Both the position numbers and the translations under genes were made by a program. A DNA stretch of 64,000 nt from Desulfomonilia bacterium. GTDB taxonomy: Bacteria; Desulfobacterota; Desulfomonilia; UBA1062. Numbering within the stretch: position 1 is the first letter of the stretch; every line of letters starts with the position of its first letter. The notes under the pieces are model-generated. The model was not told where the DNA came from. It searched no databases and worked only from the letters and a program-made list of their open reading frames with translations. Location of the stretch: positions 192,001 through 256,000 of the forward strand of contig CAXXDQ010000007.1 of assembly GCA_963664325.2 (NCBI GenBank), written 5' to 3'. This document shows positions 20,701-30,662 of this stretch, piece after piece.

Positions 20701-21651
20701 CTGCTGGCGTTTGCACGCAAGCAGACCGTTTCCCCCATAGTGCTCGACCTGAACGAAACAGTTGAAGGCATGCTCAATATGCTGCGGAAACTTATCGGAG
20801 AAGACATTGACCTTGCATGGCTGCCTGGGGCAGGGGTATGGCCGGTCAGGGTGGACCCGTCCCAGATCGACCAGATATTGGCCAATCTGTGCGTCAATGC
20901 CCGCGATGCCATTGCTGGTGTCGGCAGGATAACCATTGAAACGGGCACAAATGTCTTTGACAGGGATTACTGCCTGGCTCACCCTGACTTTATGCCCGGT
21001 GAATATGTACGGATGACCGTCATCGACAACGGCTGCGGCATGGACAGGGAAACACTGGCTAATGTCTTCGAGCCATTTTTTACCACCAAGGAAGTAGGGA
21101 AGGGTACCGGTTTGGGTCTGGCCACCGTATACGGAATCGTAAATCAGAACAATGGCTTTATCGATGTATACAGCGAACCTGGACAGGGCACGACATTTTC
21201 GATCTACCTGCCGCGGTATGAGAGCCGGGTCAAGCAGCCACAGTCAGAAGATTCGTCCAAAAAGCCAATGGGCGGTCATGAAACCATCCTGCTCGTGGAA
21301 GACGAGCCGGCCATCCTTAATATGACCAGGATAATGCTTATCCGCCTGGGTTATACTGTTTTGGCCGCATCCGGTCCGGGAGATGCCATCAGCCTGGCCA
21401 AGGGGCATGACAGCGATGTTATCCATCTGGTCATGACCGACGTGGTCATGCCCGAGATGAACGGTTCTGACCTTGTCATGAGGCTGTCGTCTCTTTATCC
21501 TCATATAAAGAGCCTGTTCATGTCGGGATATACGGCCGACATCATAGCCCATCACGGCGTTCTTGATGAAGGGGTGTGCTTCATTCAGAAGCCGTTCTCC
21601 TTACTGGAGCTGGCTTCCAAAGTCAGGCAGGCGCTTGACGGTAAATTATGA
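17704..21651 (+). CDS. Hybrid sensor histidine kinase (MASE3-like membrane domain, five PAS, REC)
   Basis: About 7 N-terminal TMs, repeated DITERK PAC ends, GGVAHDFNNML, GKGTGLGLA, TDVVMP receiver. Confidence 0.93.
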   Translation: MMGYAMKRTTNYLPFIAIFILPLLFYPVVDSSLWQSSSDVHAFFEFASSLLAITAGIMVLLHFFTTGRLFFLIISIGFVLIGTEEFVHAIFSFSRTWPETIPTFKLAISTTWLTGHLVLLASFFFALVYGKKEIVQVKRIPDAVVYNILGLIFAVVAALMIFNSPFLPHFVQLGSITKKITELSLALLYFIAFLLYSNVYFKQQHRSPLLWSIVAFIIFRVLAHIYVFDARNFYDSHWDTAHLIVFLSYFFPIFGVWGETYKLHSSSQAQLNKLGIEMNERKQAEEALHKSEERFRLLSEAAFEAVVIHEEGVLINANSQYFKMFGYEPEETLGKDMMSVTIAPEALEFAKNQTDMDSSGPYESIGLRKDGTRFPMELRGRKMEYKGRSVRFGVIIDITERKRVEQALRESEEKYRELVRYAPAGIYELDYETNRLTSVNDILCEYTGYTRDELLGIDFINFLTEESQKLLHSRIEKIKAGEKIEPTVEFCIRTKNGNSFWGLFNVSHIYESGKLKSATGIINNITDRKLAEEQLRRANAFLDSIVENIPDMIFLKDARYLRYLQFNRAGEDLLGYSRIDMIGKSDYDFFPKEQADHFNEKDREVLNGKKVLDIPEENVQTLNKGVRILHTKKVPLLDANGEPEFLLGISEDITERKKAEEALRESENQFGKMISWVPGMIYKFTKRPDGTYYVPFSTQGIRDIFGCSPEDVSGDFSPITRVILPEDLDKVISTIEFSAGHLSIWECEYRVQIPGQPVKWLLGQSTPERMDDGSITWYGFNTDITGRKQAEEALLESESRYRLLSEHTTDTVFMMDMNLKMTYHSPSGEKLRGFTVKEIMEMPLERQVTPESLKLVSELFLNEIPKVIADPGYNPIRLLDLEYSCKDGSTVWAESKFSIIRDEKSGRPVSILGEGRNVTDRKRAEEEKVKLVAQLQQAQKMESVGRLAGGVAHDFNNMLAVILGHAELALMKIDPAQPHHADLQEIRMAAERSAELTRQLLAFARKQTVSPIVLDLNETVEGMLNMLRKLIGEDIDLAWLPGAGVWPVRVDPSQIDQILANLCVNARDAIAGVGRITIETGTNVFDRDYCLAHPDFMPGEYVRMTVIDNGCGMDRETLANVFEPFFTTKEVGKGTGLGLATVYGIVNQNNGFIDVYSEPGQGTTFSIYLPRYESRVKQPQSEDSSKKPMGGHETILLVEDEPAILNMTRIMLIRLGYTVLAASGPGDAISLAKGHDSDVIHLVMTDVVMPEMNGSDLVMRLSSLYPHIKSLFMSGYTADIIAHHGVLDEGVCFIQKPFSLLELASKVRQALDGKL

Positions 21652-21782
21652 AACAGAAGGGAACAGACAAAATCAAGCGACAACAATAAATTTATTATTG
21701 AAGACAGATTATCTGATATTCACGTTTTCCCTTGAAATTCCATTAATGAAAAGCAAAGATGAATCTGACAGGGAGAATTCAA

Positions 21783-23063
21783 ATGACGAATATAGAACTC
21801 TTTGAAAAGGCCAACAAGGTTATTCCGGGCGGGGTTGACTCGCCTGTTCGCGCATTCAGGAAAGTGGGCGGTACACCGCGGTTCATTTCCTCGGCGAAAG
21901 GTGCATACATAACTGATGCTGAAGGTAAAAAATACATCGATTTCGTCCTTTCATGGGGGCCTATGATCCTGGGTCACTGCCATGAGGAAGTCGTGGAGGC
22001 GGTCCGGAAACAGGCGGCTACCGGCATGAGCTATGGGGCACCCACCGAGCTTGAGGTTATTATGGCCGAGACCGTATGCGGTGCCTTCTCCTCAATACAG
22101 AAAGTGCGCTTCGTAAATTCCGGCACCGAGGCTACAATGAGTGCGATCCGCCTTGCCCGGGCTTTCACGGGCAGGAATATCACCGTTAAATTCGAGGGAT
22201 GTTATCACGGCCATGTGGACAGCCTTCTGGTAAAGGCAGGTTCAGGCGCGTTGACTCTGGGAATAGCCGATACCGCCGGAATACCCGAAGGTATCGCCTC
22301 TACGACTGCTGTGATCGATTATAACGATATCGACGGGTTCAGGGCTTTCATGGCTGCAATGGGCGACCAGGTGGCGGCGGTTATTGTCGAGCCGGTAGCC
22401 GGGAATATGGGCGTAGTGCTGCCTGGGCCGGGATTTCTGGAAACATTGAGAGAGGAAACATTAAAAGCCGGAAGTCTGCTCATTTTTGATGAAGTCATAA
22501 CCGGTTTCAGGTTCAGGTTCGGGGGTTATCAGGATGAGATCGGAATCAAGCCTGACCTGACCTGTCTTGGAAAAATCATAGGAGGCGGCCTCCCTGTTGG
22601 AGCTTTCGGGGGCAGGGCGGACATCATGGATATGCTCGCACCGCTGGGCCCTGTTTACCAGGCGGGCACCCTTTCGGGAAATCCGCTTGCCATGGCGGCC
22701 GGACTGGCAACTCTGAAAATACTTAAAAATACAAATCCATATTCTGTGATTGAAAAATCCATGGGCAGGTTCCTTGACGCCATCGAATACGAGGCTGCAA
22801 GGTCCGGAAAATCTGTTGCCATTAACCGGATCGGATCTATGGCCTCCGTATTTTTTAATGATAATGATGTGAACGGCTTCGAGAATGTCATGGCCAGCGA
22901 TGCAAAAGCGTATACAAAATTCTTCCATGCATTATTGAATGAAGGTGTTTATCTTGCACCTTCACCTTATGAGGCCATGTTCGTAAGCACGGCACACGGT
23001 GAAGACGAAATCTCCAGGGCAATTGATGCAGCCGGCAGGGCGCTGAAATTGGCCCATGCCTAA
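21783..23063 (+). CDS. hemL: Glutamate-1-semialdehyde 2,1-aminomutase
   Basis: IPGGVDSPVRAF, RFVNSGTEATMSA, FEGCYHGH, DEVITGFR, LGKIIGGGLP, GTLSGNP. GGGAG RBS before ATG 21783. Confidence 0.97.
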   Translation: MTNIELFEKANKVIPGGVDSPVRAFRKVGGTPRFISSAKGAYITDAEGKKYIDFVLSWGPMILGHCHEEVVEAVRKQAATGMSYGAPTELEVIMAETVCGAFSSIQKVRFVNSGTEATMSAIRLARAFTGRNITVKFEGCYHGHVDSLLVKAGSGALTLGIADTAGIPEGIASTTAVIDYNDIDGFRAFMAAMGDQVAAVIVEPVAGNMGVVLPGPGFLETLREETLKAGSLLIFDEVITGFRFRFGGYQDEIGIKPDLTCLGKIIGGGLPVGAFGGRADIMDMLAPLGPVYQAGTLSGNPLAMAAGLATLKILKNTNPYSVIEKSMGRFLDAIEYEAARSGKSVAINRIGSMASVFFNDNDVNGFENVMASDAKAYTKFFHALLNEGVYLAPSPYEAMFVSTAHGEDEISRAIDAAGRALKLAHA

Positions 23064-23630
23064 GTTATTCAGGAAATGAATTAAATATTTAATAAATGAC
23101 GTCATAACATATTGATATCAATAATATAAAAACAACATGGCTTTAATTTGGCCTATACGCGAAGATTTTTGGAAGCCCTTTATGATTCATCATCCAGTTT
23201 TAAGGCCGAAGGGGCAATTTATCATTTTTAAGTAAAAATCACAGGAAGAATATGTCCGGCAAGAATCCATATATTGAACAATAACTTTTCAGATAAGATT
23301 AAATAAAATATTTTTTAAAATTATTTCTTCTCCGGTTTATTCGCAACCGGAGACAACCTAAAAAAAGCCCCTCATAATTTTATTATTATCGATTATAAAT
23401 ATTTCAAAAAGGGAAGTGACTCTTTAACCGTAGAGACCGGTATATTTAATATTTAACATAATATATATTATCGGCCAAATAGGTATCTCATATCCATATG
23501 TCTGGTTCTTTATATCAATATCTTATCTGTTCTTGTCGACGTAATCAGTGAAAGCTTATTGACTTTCAGAAGACAGGAAATTTTTGATAGTTCCAATGCT
23601 GCCTGTAATAATTATTTTGAAGCAATCACT

Positions 23631-24860
23631 CTAGGATGCCAAAAGTTTTATGGGCAGATCCGGATTACCTCCGGCAAAATGTTTGAGCATGACAATCGGA
23701 TCGCTCCGGGAAAGATTCTCTATAATGACTCCTTCCTTTGCTGCACGCTCGCTGACGAAATATTCATCATAGGTATGCTGGCCATATCGGATGAGCACCG
23801 GGGTTTCGATGTTCCAGATACCCATGTTACCGTGGCCCTGCACCATAATCATGCCATAGGCCGCATTGTCTCTTATTATCACCTTCCTTCCCGGCATCAC
23901 GGTCAATTCCTTGGCACTGAAGGCATCGGATCTATAGCAGATCCATTTTTCGCAATAGCCGTCTTCCTTCATTTGCCGCAGATCCCCCGCTAGAACAGGA
24001 GGCATGAAGTGTTTCTTCTCAAAGTATGGATCGAGGTTGGCTTTCCAGTCGAGCACTTCTAATAGATATTCATAATCGCCCTTCTTTTCCTCCGGCGTAT
24101 CCTTCCATAAAAGATCTTCGGAGACGATCTGATTGTCAGTAAGAGACTGGTACATTGCAAAGACATCGGATGCCTTTTGCGGTTCATACGTGCACAGGCT
24201 TCCAGGCGCATGAAGTATCCCTGCAGGCACGTCCCAGCCAGTGCCGGTCCAGAGGCGATAGGCCTTCGAGAGTGAAGTTATCCTGTTGTCGCCTTTCGTA
24301 AAATTCATCAGGCATTCCTTGACGGATTCCCTGGTGGTGCCTGGATTGAGTCCGAAAAAGGTATATGGAAAGCGGCCTAAATGATTGTTCATTTGAGGAG
24401 AAAAGTAATAGGCCTCCGGTTTGCCGAGCTGTCCCACACGAGCCGCATGTGTATCATCATGATGGACGTGGTGAGGAAGCGGCCCGAGATTATCGAAGAA
24501 TTTTGAATAGACGGGCCATCCCCTGTTTTTTTTCCATAGCCGTGTGCCGATTATCTCTTCATGTGTCTCCTCGATGGCGTCCCTGAGACGAAAGATGAAC
24601 TCTTTTGACCCGTCTTCAAATATCACGAAGCTCTGGCCCTCGTCCGGGGATGTCAGAGGTCCGTTGTCTGCGGAAATAGTGGAAGACAGCCATCGTTCGT
24701 CGATACCGCCGCGCAGTCCGCCAAGTGCGTAATAGTCGTCAGGGTGAAGTTTTATCCTTCTGCCGGGGATGCAGAACGAGCGGGGAACCCAGTTCGGAGC
24801 CAGTCTCAATATCCCCCTTCCCTGCTCAAGCGCTTTTTCAGCAAGCGGTTTTATTGACAT
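23631..24860 (-). CDS. Cupin-fold, mannose-6-phosphate-isomerase-like protein
   Basis: KFFDNLGPLPHHVH, GKPEAYYF, GILHAPG and EPQKASD resemble PMI type I metal-binding motifs. Confidence 0.65.
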   Translation of the reverse strand: MSIKPLAEKALEQGRGILRLAPNWVPRSFCIPGRRIKLHPDDYYALGGLRGGIDERWLSSTISADNGPLTSPDEGQSFVIFEDGSKEFIFRLRDAIEETHEEIIGTRLWKKNRGWPVYSKFFDNLGPLPHHVHHDDTHAARVGQLGKPEAYYFSPQMNNHLGRFPYTFFGLNPGTTRESVKECLMNFTKGDNRITSLSKAYRLWTGTGWDVPAGILHAPGSLCTYEPQKASDVFAMYQSLTDNQIVSEDLLWKDTPEEKKGDYEYLLEVLDWKANLDPYFEKKHFMPPVLAGDLRQMKEDGYCEKWICYRSDAFSAKELTVMPGRKVIIRDNAAYGMIMVQGHGNMGIWNIETPVLIRYGQHTYDEYFVSERAAKEGVIIENLSRSDPIVMLKHFAGGNPDLPIKLLAS

Positions 24861-24893
24861 TGCTGTCTCCTTTAACTCCGCAAAACGTAATTT

Positions 24894-26231
24894 TCAGGGT
24901 ACAACAGGCTTTGCATCTTTTTTTACATCACCGCTCATCTCGCCCGCCCTTTCTTCCAGCAATCTGTGCAGTATTTCCCTGTCGCCCACGATATATTTAG
25001 CAACGAACAGAAAAAGTATGCCGCAGAGCACCCACCAGGAGACTGCGAAATTCATCACGAAAAGATAGCCGAACGGTATGAGCAGGCCTCCGATGGCCGG
25101 GCCCACACCGTTGCCCAGGTTGCCTGTTATATTCAGCACTGAAAAGACCGTTCCCCTGTGTTCCGGACGGTTGACATTCATAATCATGGCCGGGACGTTC
25201 GCAGTGGCTACAGCAATGAGAAAGCCGGTTACGAAACCCAAAACCATGTAGAGCTTTATATTGGCCACCGGCAGGTTGATAAGTATAGCTGTGGGTATGA
25301 TGCCGAGTAGCACGACGATGCCGCACAGCATAGGCATGTATTTGGGTGACCTCTTGTAGAGCCATTCGCCCACATAGGCAAAGAATATACCCCCCAGAGT
25401 GCTGCCGACTCCGAGTACAAGGAATATGGTCGTGGCCATTTCCTTGCTGACATGCCTGTAAACCTGGAAAAACGTGATGGCCCAGTAGGTGAGGATTCCC
25501 CATGGTATCGTGCCCGGTATTCCCTGAAGAAAGATGTAGACGTTTGTCCTTATTCTGAGGATTATATTAAAATCTTTCAAGTTGATCTTCTGCCTGTATA
25601 CAAGGCCCTTCTGAATGAGGTCTTCCAGCGCTTCTTCAGTCCTTCCCCTGGCAGGTTCCTTTGCGTAAAGGGCGAAGAACAGCGCTATAGGGATGTTTGG
25701 TGCACCTATAAGGATGAAGGATATCCTCCAGCCGTATTTGTTGGTAAGGTAGCCGGCCAGCACGACCCCCAGCACGGTGCCTACAGACCATGCAGTATTC
25801 ATCCATGCCGCTGCAGTCGAACGGTGCTGCTCGCTGAAATAATCAGCAAGCACGGAATACGAAACCGGATATACGCCGCCCAGGCCTATGCCTGAAAGGA
25901 GCCTCAGAGCTGCGAATGCCCCGATTGTCTGTGTGAAAAAGGGAATCCCGGTCATTATGCAGGGGATCTCGCCGATCATGATGACCAGGACCAGCATGGC
26001 CTTGCGCGAGCCCTTGTCCGAAATATAGCCGAACAGGATGCTAACAAAGGCGCCTGTCAGGGTGAATGCAGACCCGATAAGCCCGAGCGTGGTCTCGCTC
26101 GCCCCGTACTCTTTTGAAAGCTCGGGGAGTATGGCCGACATTATCATCTGGTCGGCAAACAGCAGCGTTGTCATCACAAACAGAGTAGAAAGCGTTATGA
26201 TATCCCGCCCGCTCATTTTAACTTTGGACAT
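24894..26231 (-). CDS. MFS transporter
   Basis: About 12 TMs, GYISDKGSRK motif A, RLLSGIGLGG, LADYFSEQHRS. Confidence 0.92.
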   Translation of the reverse strand: MSKVKMSGRDIITLSTLFVMTTLLFADQMIMSAILPELSKEYGASETTLGLIGSAFTLTGAFVSILFGYISDKGSRKAMLVLVIMIGEIPCIMTGIPFFTQTIGAFAALRLLSGIGLGGVYPVSYSVLADYFSEQHRSTAAAWMNTAWSVGTVLGVVLAGYLTNKYGWRISFILIGAPNIPIALFFALYAKEPARGRTEEALEDLIQKGLVYRQKINLKDFNIILRIRTNVYIFLQGIPGTIPWGILTYWAITFFQVYRHVSKEMATTIFLVLGVGSTLGGIFFAYVGEWLYKRSPKYMPMLCGIVVLLGIIPTAILINLPVANIKLYMVLGFVTGFLIAVATANVPAMIMNVNRPEHRGTVFSVLNITGNLGNGVGPAIGGLLIPFGYLFVMNFAVSWWVLCGILFLFVAKYIVGDREILHRLLEERAGEMSGDVKKDAKPVVP

Positions 26232-26258
26232 ACATCCTCCTCAAATATTATCAGGCTG

Positions 26259-27566
26259 CTACCTGTATTTTGCCGCTACATCCATCGCTACTTCAGCCGT
26301 TTCCCAGAGGCGCACATGTTCTCTGCATACAGTACTTATGTCCTTCATAATTATCTCGACCGAACAGCCCTTTGTCTTTTCAAAGACATCGATCAGATAA
26401 TTCCTGAACCTGGCAGGTTCCCATGAGACACCGGCGAACATGGCGGGATTGGGCTTCACAGAAAGCACATAGTCATTGCCTACCTCCCTGACTCCCTTTT
26501 CAAGGTCTGCCCACGGGCCCATGGATATCTTGCGGAGGTTGGGGATCCTTCTCAGCATTTTTATTCTGTCGTGAAGGGACTCGCAGCAGCCATAATACTG
26601 CAGACCCATCCTTTCCATTAGCGGCAGTTCGTAGTTGAGCGCGAATTCCTCGTGCATCTTTGGGGAGACCGAGCCGAAAAGCTGGGCCGTGCAATGGCCC
26701 CATACATTTTTGAGCTTCACATGATTCGGATCAAAATCCTTTCCTGGAAGACTGTTCGTATATCCATATCCTCCGGCTCCCGTGGGCAATGTCTCGTCCC
26801 ATGTAAGGACGCCGAGGTCTTCATAAATGCTCAGTCGTTTAGAGCAGGCCTCGGAATACCTTTTGATCGCCATATGTACAAGCTCGGGCCGTTCTATGAG
26901 GTCTATCAGAAGTTCCTGAGAACCCCATAGCGTTACCAGATCATCCCAGAGGGCGAAAACGGGGTTGTCCAGCCCGCATTTTCTTAGTTCGAGGATGTCT
27001 CCGACGAATATGCTTCGCGCCTCGTGCAGTGCGTCGCTGACCTCCCTGTTGTATGTAATCTGGGGATCTCCGATCTTTTCGACATCCTTTTCATCCTTGA
27101 TCTGCGGAGTGTAATGGTGTGAGCTTACAAACCCGGCTTCTCCTGTTTCCACGTTCACGCCCTGAGGGATCAGCTCTTCCTGCACGTTGAGGCCGAACCC
27201 GAGATCGATGACGGCAAGCCATGAGAGGAGCCTCGGCTCAACAACCATGTCGCAGCGCATATGGTCCCACTGGTATAGAATGCACCGCATCTGATTTTCA
27301 ATGGACTGGGCGAACCTGTCGGTGCATTTAACGTCAAGCTCTCCGTTCACGTTCATCTCTGTCCACGGGACCTCGTCATGCTTGATGAGAATGGTGGTCT
27401 TTTTTTCAAGGTCGTTCACGCCCCGCCAGAGTTCCTTTTTTTCTTTCTGGACAGGCAGTGCAGCGATTTCAGCAATACGCTCCGCAAGCCCTCTAAGAAT
27501 GGAGACGTCATTATCGTCAATGTTAATATAAAAGTCTGGTCCAAGGGGTATTTTCTTTATAATCAT
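26259..27566 (-). CDS. Uroporphyrinogen decarboxylase (UroD/MtaA)-like protein
   Basis: DLIERPELVH, VSPKMHEEFALNY, YYGCCE, LRKISMGPW. Strong AAGGAG RBS before ATG 27566. Confidence 0.65.
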   Translation of the reverse strand: MIIKKIPLGPDFYINIDDNDVSILRGLAERIAEIAALPVQKEKKELWRGVNDLEKKTTILIKHDEVPWTEMNVNGELDVKCTDRFAQSIENQMRCILYQWDHMRCDMVVEPRLLSWLAVIDLGFGLNVQEELIPQGVNVETGEAGFVSSHHYTPQIKDEKDVEKIGDPQITYNREVSDALHEARSIFVGDILELRKCGLDNPVFALWDDLVTLWGSQELLIDLIERPELVHMAIKRYSEACSKRLSIYEDLGVLTWDETLPTGAGGYGYTNSLPGKDFDPNHVKLKNVWGHCTAQLFGSVSPKMHEEFALNYELPLMERMGLQYYGCCESLHDRIKMLRRIPNLRKISMGPWADLEKGVREVGNDYVLSVKPNPAMFAGVSWEPARFRNYLIDVFEKTKGCSVEIIMKDISTVCREHVRLWETAEVAMDVAAKYR

Positions 27567-27582
27567 GTCTATCTCCTTCTCC

Positions 27583-28965
27583 TTATCGGACCCTGAGGAT
27601 GGTATCGACCGGGTCGAGTTCTTCGCCGACCGTGACCCTGAACCCTTTCCAGACCCTTTCAACCGGAAGCTCCCTTCCTGAAGGCTCCGTCGTTATCCTG
27701 CGCACTTTATTCCAGATGCCTTCCCTGAAAGTGACTTTGACCGGCCGGGTGCTTCCTTCCATGTTGATGAGGTGGATCAGTATGTCGTCTTCGTACCGGC
27801 AGGCTATTATTTTCATGCATTTCGGGTTGTCGACCTTTATACCCCGGGGTTCCCTTCCCCTGTACGGAAGGGGGACAGATTCATTAAAGAGCCTTTTTCT
27901 TGGAAGGTACCATGCCCCGAGCCTTTGAAGCTGCTTTACCTGATCCGGATAAACGCTGCCATCCATTTGCGATGTCACTCCAAGGGAGTGTTTCATTCCG
28001 CTCGCCATGACGATAGCGCTCATGCGCAAAAGCGTATCAGGGTCATTTCGAAGTGTCGGGTCCGACCACCATCGACCTGCCGGCGATATGATCTCCGAGG
28101 AATGGGACTGGAACCGGCGGTAGAAAGTAGACCATTTCCATGCACTGCAACAGACCGGCAGATATTTATTGTCGGATTTGAGCAGCTTTATATAAGGCCC
28201 TGTAAGGTCATGTGCCTCGCCTGCAGTGAAGTCGAGCCTTTTGTAGGAGCTGGGGAAGTAGCTCGCAAAGTTGAAGGCCAGAGCCTTGTCCGGGTAATTT
28301 TCCCTGAAAAAGTCAATGCTTATCTCGGTTGAACGATCCGGCCAGTACCAGTCAAGCCATATGCCGTCAGGATCGCACTGTTCCATGATCTCGCGGTATT
28401 GCCCTAGAAGGTGTTCCTCATATAAAGGCTGAGCGCCCAGTGCGATGTATGATTCAGTCTGATGAGGGTGCGGCTGAATATCGTCGAATCTGGGGCTGTG
28501 GTCGAATACCGAAGAGTAATAGTATATGAACGGGATGCCTGCCTTGCGGTTTTCTTCGGCAAACAGACGGGCGTAATCCGGCCCTGTCTTCCAGTCGGTG
28601 AGCCTGGTGTTGAAATAGCATATGCCGTCGTGCCACTTGATTTCCATGGAATGGTAGTCCAGCCCGATCTCTTTGCTCAGTTCCACCCATTCATTAACCC
28701 TTGGGAACGGTCCGTTGAACTTAATGCTGCCGTCCTCGTTGCTCATGCTCCGGTTGAATTCGGTCCAGTCCCTCTGCCATTCCCAGCCCGGCCTGAACTC
28801 GATCTGATACTGGACAGCCAGGCCCGGTTTCTGCCACCATTTGGCGTTTCCTAATAATTTTCTTTCGGCAGGAAACATCATGCGTGCGAAAATCGTCGGA
28901 ACCGTAATGCATATTTCCCGTCCAATGGCCATTGCAGCTCTGATCTTGGGATTCAGATCACCCAT
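27583..28965 (-). CDS. Alpha-L-fucosidase-like glycoside hydrolase (GH29-like)
   Basis: IKWHDGICYFNT, GIPFIYYYS, PDGIWLDW nucleophile motif, QLQRLGAW. Confidence 0.7.
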   Translation of the reverse strand: MGDLNPKIRAAMAIGREICITVPTIFARMMFPAERKLLGNAKWWQKPGLAVQYQIEFRPGWEWQRDWTEFNRSMSNEDGSIKFNGPFPRVNEWVELSKEIGLDYHSMEIKWHDGICYFNTRLTDWKTGPDYARLFAEENRKAGIPFIYYYSSVFDHSPRFDDIQPHPHQTESYIALGAQPLYEEHLLGQYREIMEQCDPDGIWLDWYWPDRSTEISIDFFRENYPDKALAFNFASYFPSSYKRLDFTAGEAHDLTGPYIKLLKSDNKYLPVCCSAWKWSTFYRRFQSHSSEIISPAGRWWSDPTLRNDPDTLLRMSAIVMASGMKHSLGVTSQMDGSVYPDQVKQLQRLGAWYLPRKRLFNESVPLPYRGREPRGIKVDNPKCMKIIACRYEDDILIHLINMEGSTRPVKVTFREGIWNKVRRITTEPSGRELPVERVWKGFRVTVGEELDPVDTILRVR

Positions 28966-29052
28966 TAAACTCCTCCCTTTGTATAAAATATTTCCAGCGG
29001 TTATGGTGTTTTAAAAATAATCACAAAAGTTGAAATTGAGCCCGGCGCATTC

Positions 29053-30210
29053 TCAGCATTTCAGGAGTATCTCGCGAGCTTTAGCGGCATTGATGTCGCC
29101 ATCCTCCCCCAGGGCGACATCACCGCGGCCCATAAAGCGTTCATAAACCTTTCCGGCCGCTTCCTCGCCATTTATACCATAGTCAGACAGTTTCGTCTTC
29201 ATTCCGAGTGAATGAAAAAAGTCTTCGGTCTTTGCAATGGCCGCCCTGGCGGCCCTGGAGTCAGACTTTTCCTTCACGTTAAAGACCCGGCGGGCGAACT
29301 GTGCCAGTTTACTTTCTTTAGAATGCATGTTGATCCGCCACAGTTCCGGCATCACAACAGCCAGAGACTGAGCATGGTCCAACCCGTAAAAGGCTGTAAG
29401 CTCATGTCCGATCATATGCGTGGCCCAATCCTGGACACAACCGCAGCTGCACCATCCGTTCAGGGCGTTGGTAGCGCACCACATTATGTTCGCACGTGCC
29501 TCATAATCTTTCGGATCCGATAGAATCTTCGGAGCCTCTTCAATGAGTGTTGATATTATCGATTCGCAGAGGCGGTCCTGCAGGGGTGTTCCGGAACCGC
29601 TGGTTATGTATTGTTCCGTAACGTGAGCCAGGGCATCAACTACCCCGTTGACGCTTTGTCTGACGGACAGCGAATATGTGGTTTCAGGGTCCAGAATCGA
29701 AAAAACGGGATATACAAGAGGATTGCTGAATGGAAGCTTTTCACATGTCGAAGCCCTAGAAATTACAGCCGTCATGTTCATTTCGGAGCCTGTCGCCGGA
29801 AGGGTCAGTATTGTACCAAGCGGCAATGCTGATCTTACCGGCGCATCGCTGGCAAGTATATCCCACGGGTCTGTACCGGCAAACTCAATGGCAGCAGCAA
29901 TGAATTTTGCTGCATCGAGGACTGAACCGCCGCCGACTGCAAGAATGAATTCCGTCCCGTTCTTCTTCGCAGCCTCAACGGCTTTCATGCAGGTTTCATA
30001 CAAGGGGTTCGGCTCGATGCCTGCAAATTCAATGAAATTGCAGCTGGACAGGCCTGCCATGACCTTGTCATAGACGCCGTTATTTTTTATCGAGCCTGCA
30101 CCATAAAGCATCATGATTTTCTTCCGTTCGGGAAGAAGTTCCGGAAGCTTTGATATTGAACCTTTGCCGAAAGCTATCTTTACAGGATTAAGGTAGCTGA
30201 AATTGTTCAT
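29053..30210 (-). CDS. Iron-containing NAD(P)H alcohol dehydrogenase (YqhD/BdhA family)
   Basis: GIEPNP, AVGGGSVLDAAK, TLPATGSEMN, DALAHVTEQY, WATHMIGHELTA, GLDHAQSLA. Confidence 0.93.
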   Translation of the reverse strand: MNNFSYLNPVKIAFGKGSISKLPELLPERKKIMMLYGAGSIKNNGVYDKVMAGLSSCNFIEFAGIEPNPLYETCMKAVEAAKKNGTEFILAVGGGSVLDAAKFIAAAIEFAGTDPWDILASDAPVRSALPLGTILTLPATGSEMNMTAVISRASTCEKLPFSNPLVYPVFSILDPETTYSLSVRQSVNGVVDALAHVTEQYITSGSGTPLQDRLCESIISTLIEEAPKILSDPKDYEARANIMWCATNALNGWCSCGCVQDWATHMIGHELTAFYGLDHAQSLAVVMPELWRINMHSKESKLAQFARRVFNVKEKSDSRAARAAIAKTEDFFHSLGMKTKLSDYGINGEEAAGKVYERFMGRGDVALGEDGDINAAKAREILLKC

Positions 30211-30662
30211 TTTGGTTACTCCCCTGTTATTTAGCAAAGCACGTCTTCAGCGTGACTCCGTGTTTTGTCTTTTCAGGATTCAACCGGCAATTTCCGCCGG
30301 GTTGTACTAAAATTGCCGTGACAGTATTTGAGGATATCGGTCTCACTGCATGGAGTAATAAATTACCGGCCATACTGTTTATTGACCGCAGCAAACTTCA
30401 TGCCGCTTGCATAGAAATCGGCTGTAAGCAGGCTGTCGTTTAGCCATTATCGATTTTCCTTCAAGCTATATTCACTGATTTGAACATGAACAAGATAATA
30501 TAAATATTACCTGTTTTTTAAGACATTGACAATAATCAGGATGAGGTGATTTAAGGGCAGATCTTTACAATTTCACTGAGCGACCGAAGACTGTTGCCTT
30601 TGTGTCCGCTCTGGTCTTACAGGAGCAGACACGCTGTATTGAGCCTCTATACTCCAATCCTG

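Noticed and set aside
23064-23630. AT-rich 570-nt gap between convergent hemL and the cupin gene
   Set aside because: No ORF, repeat array, IS end or RNA motif recognised. It could be a scar, but nothing supportable was found.
30381-30404. Minus-strand GMKFAAVN resembling the ArgJ N-terminus (GFKFAAVN)
   Set aside because: Only 8 codons with no flanking similarity, so likely chance.
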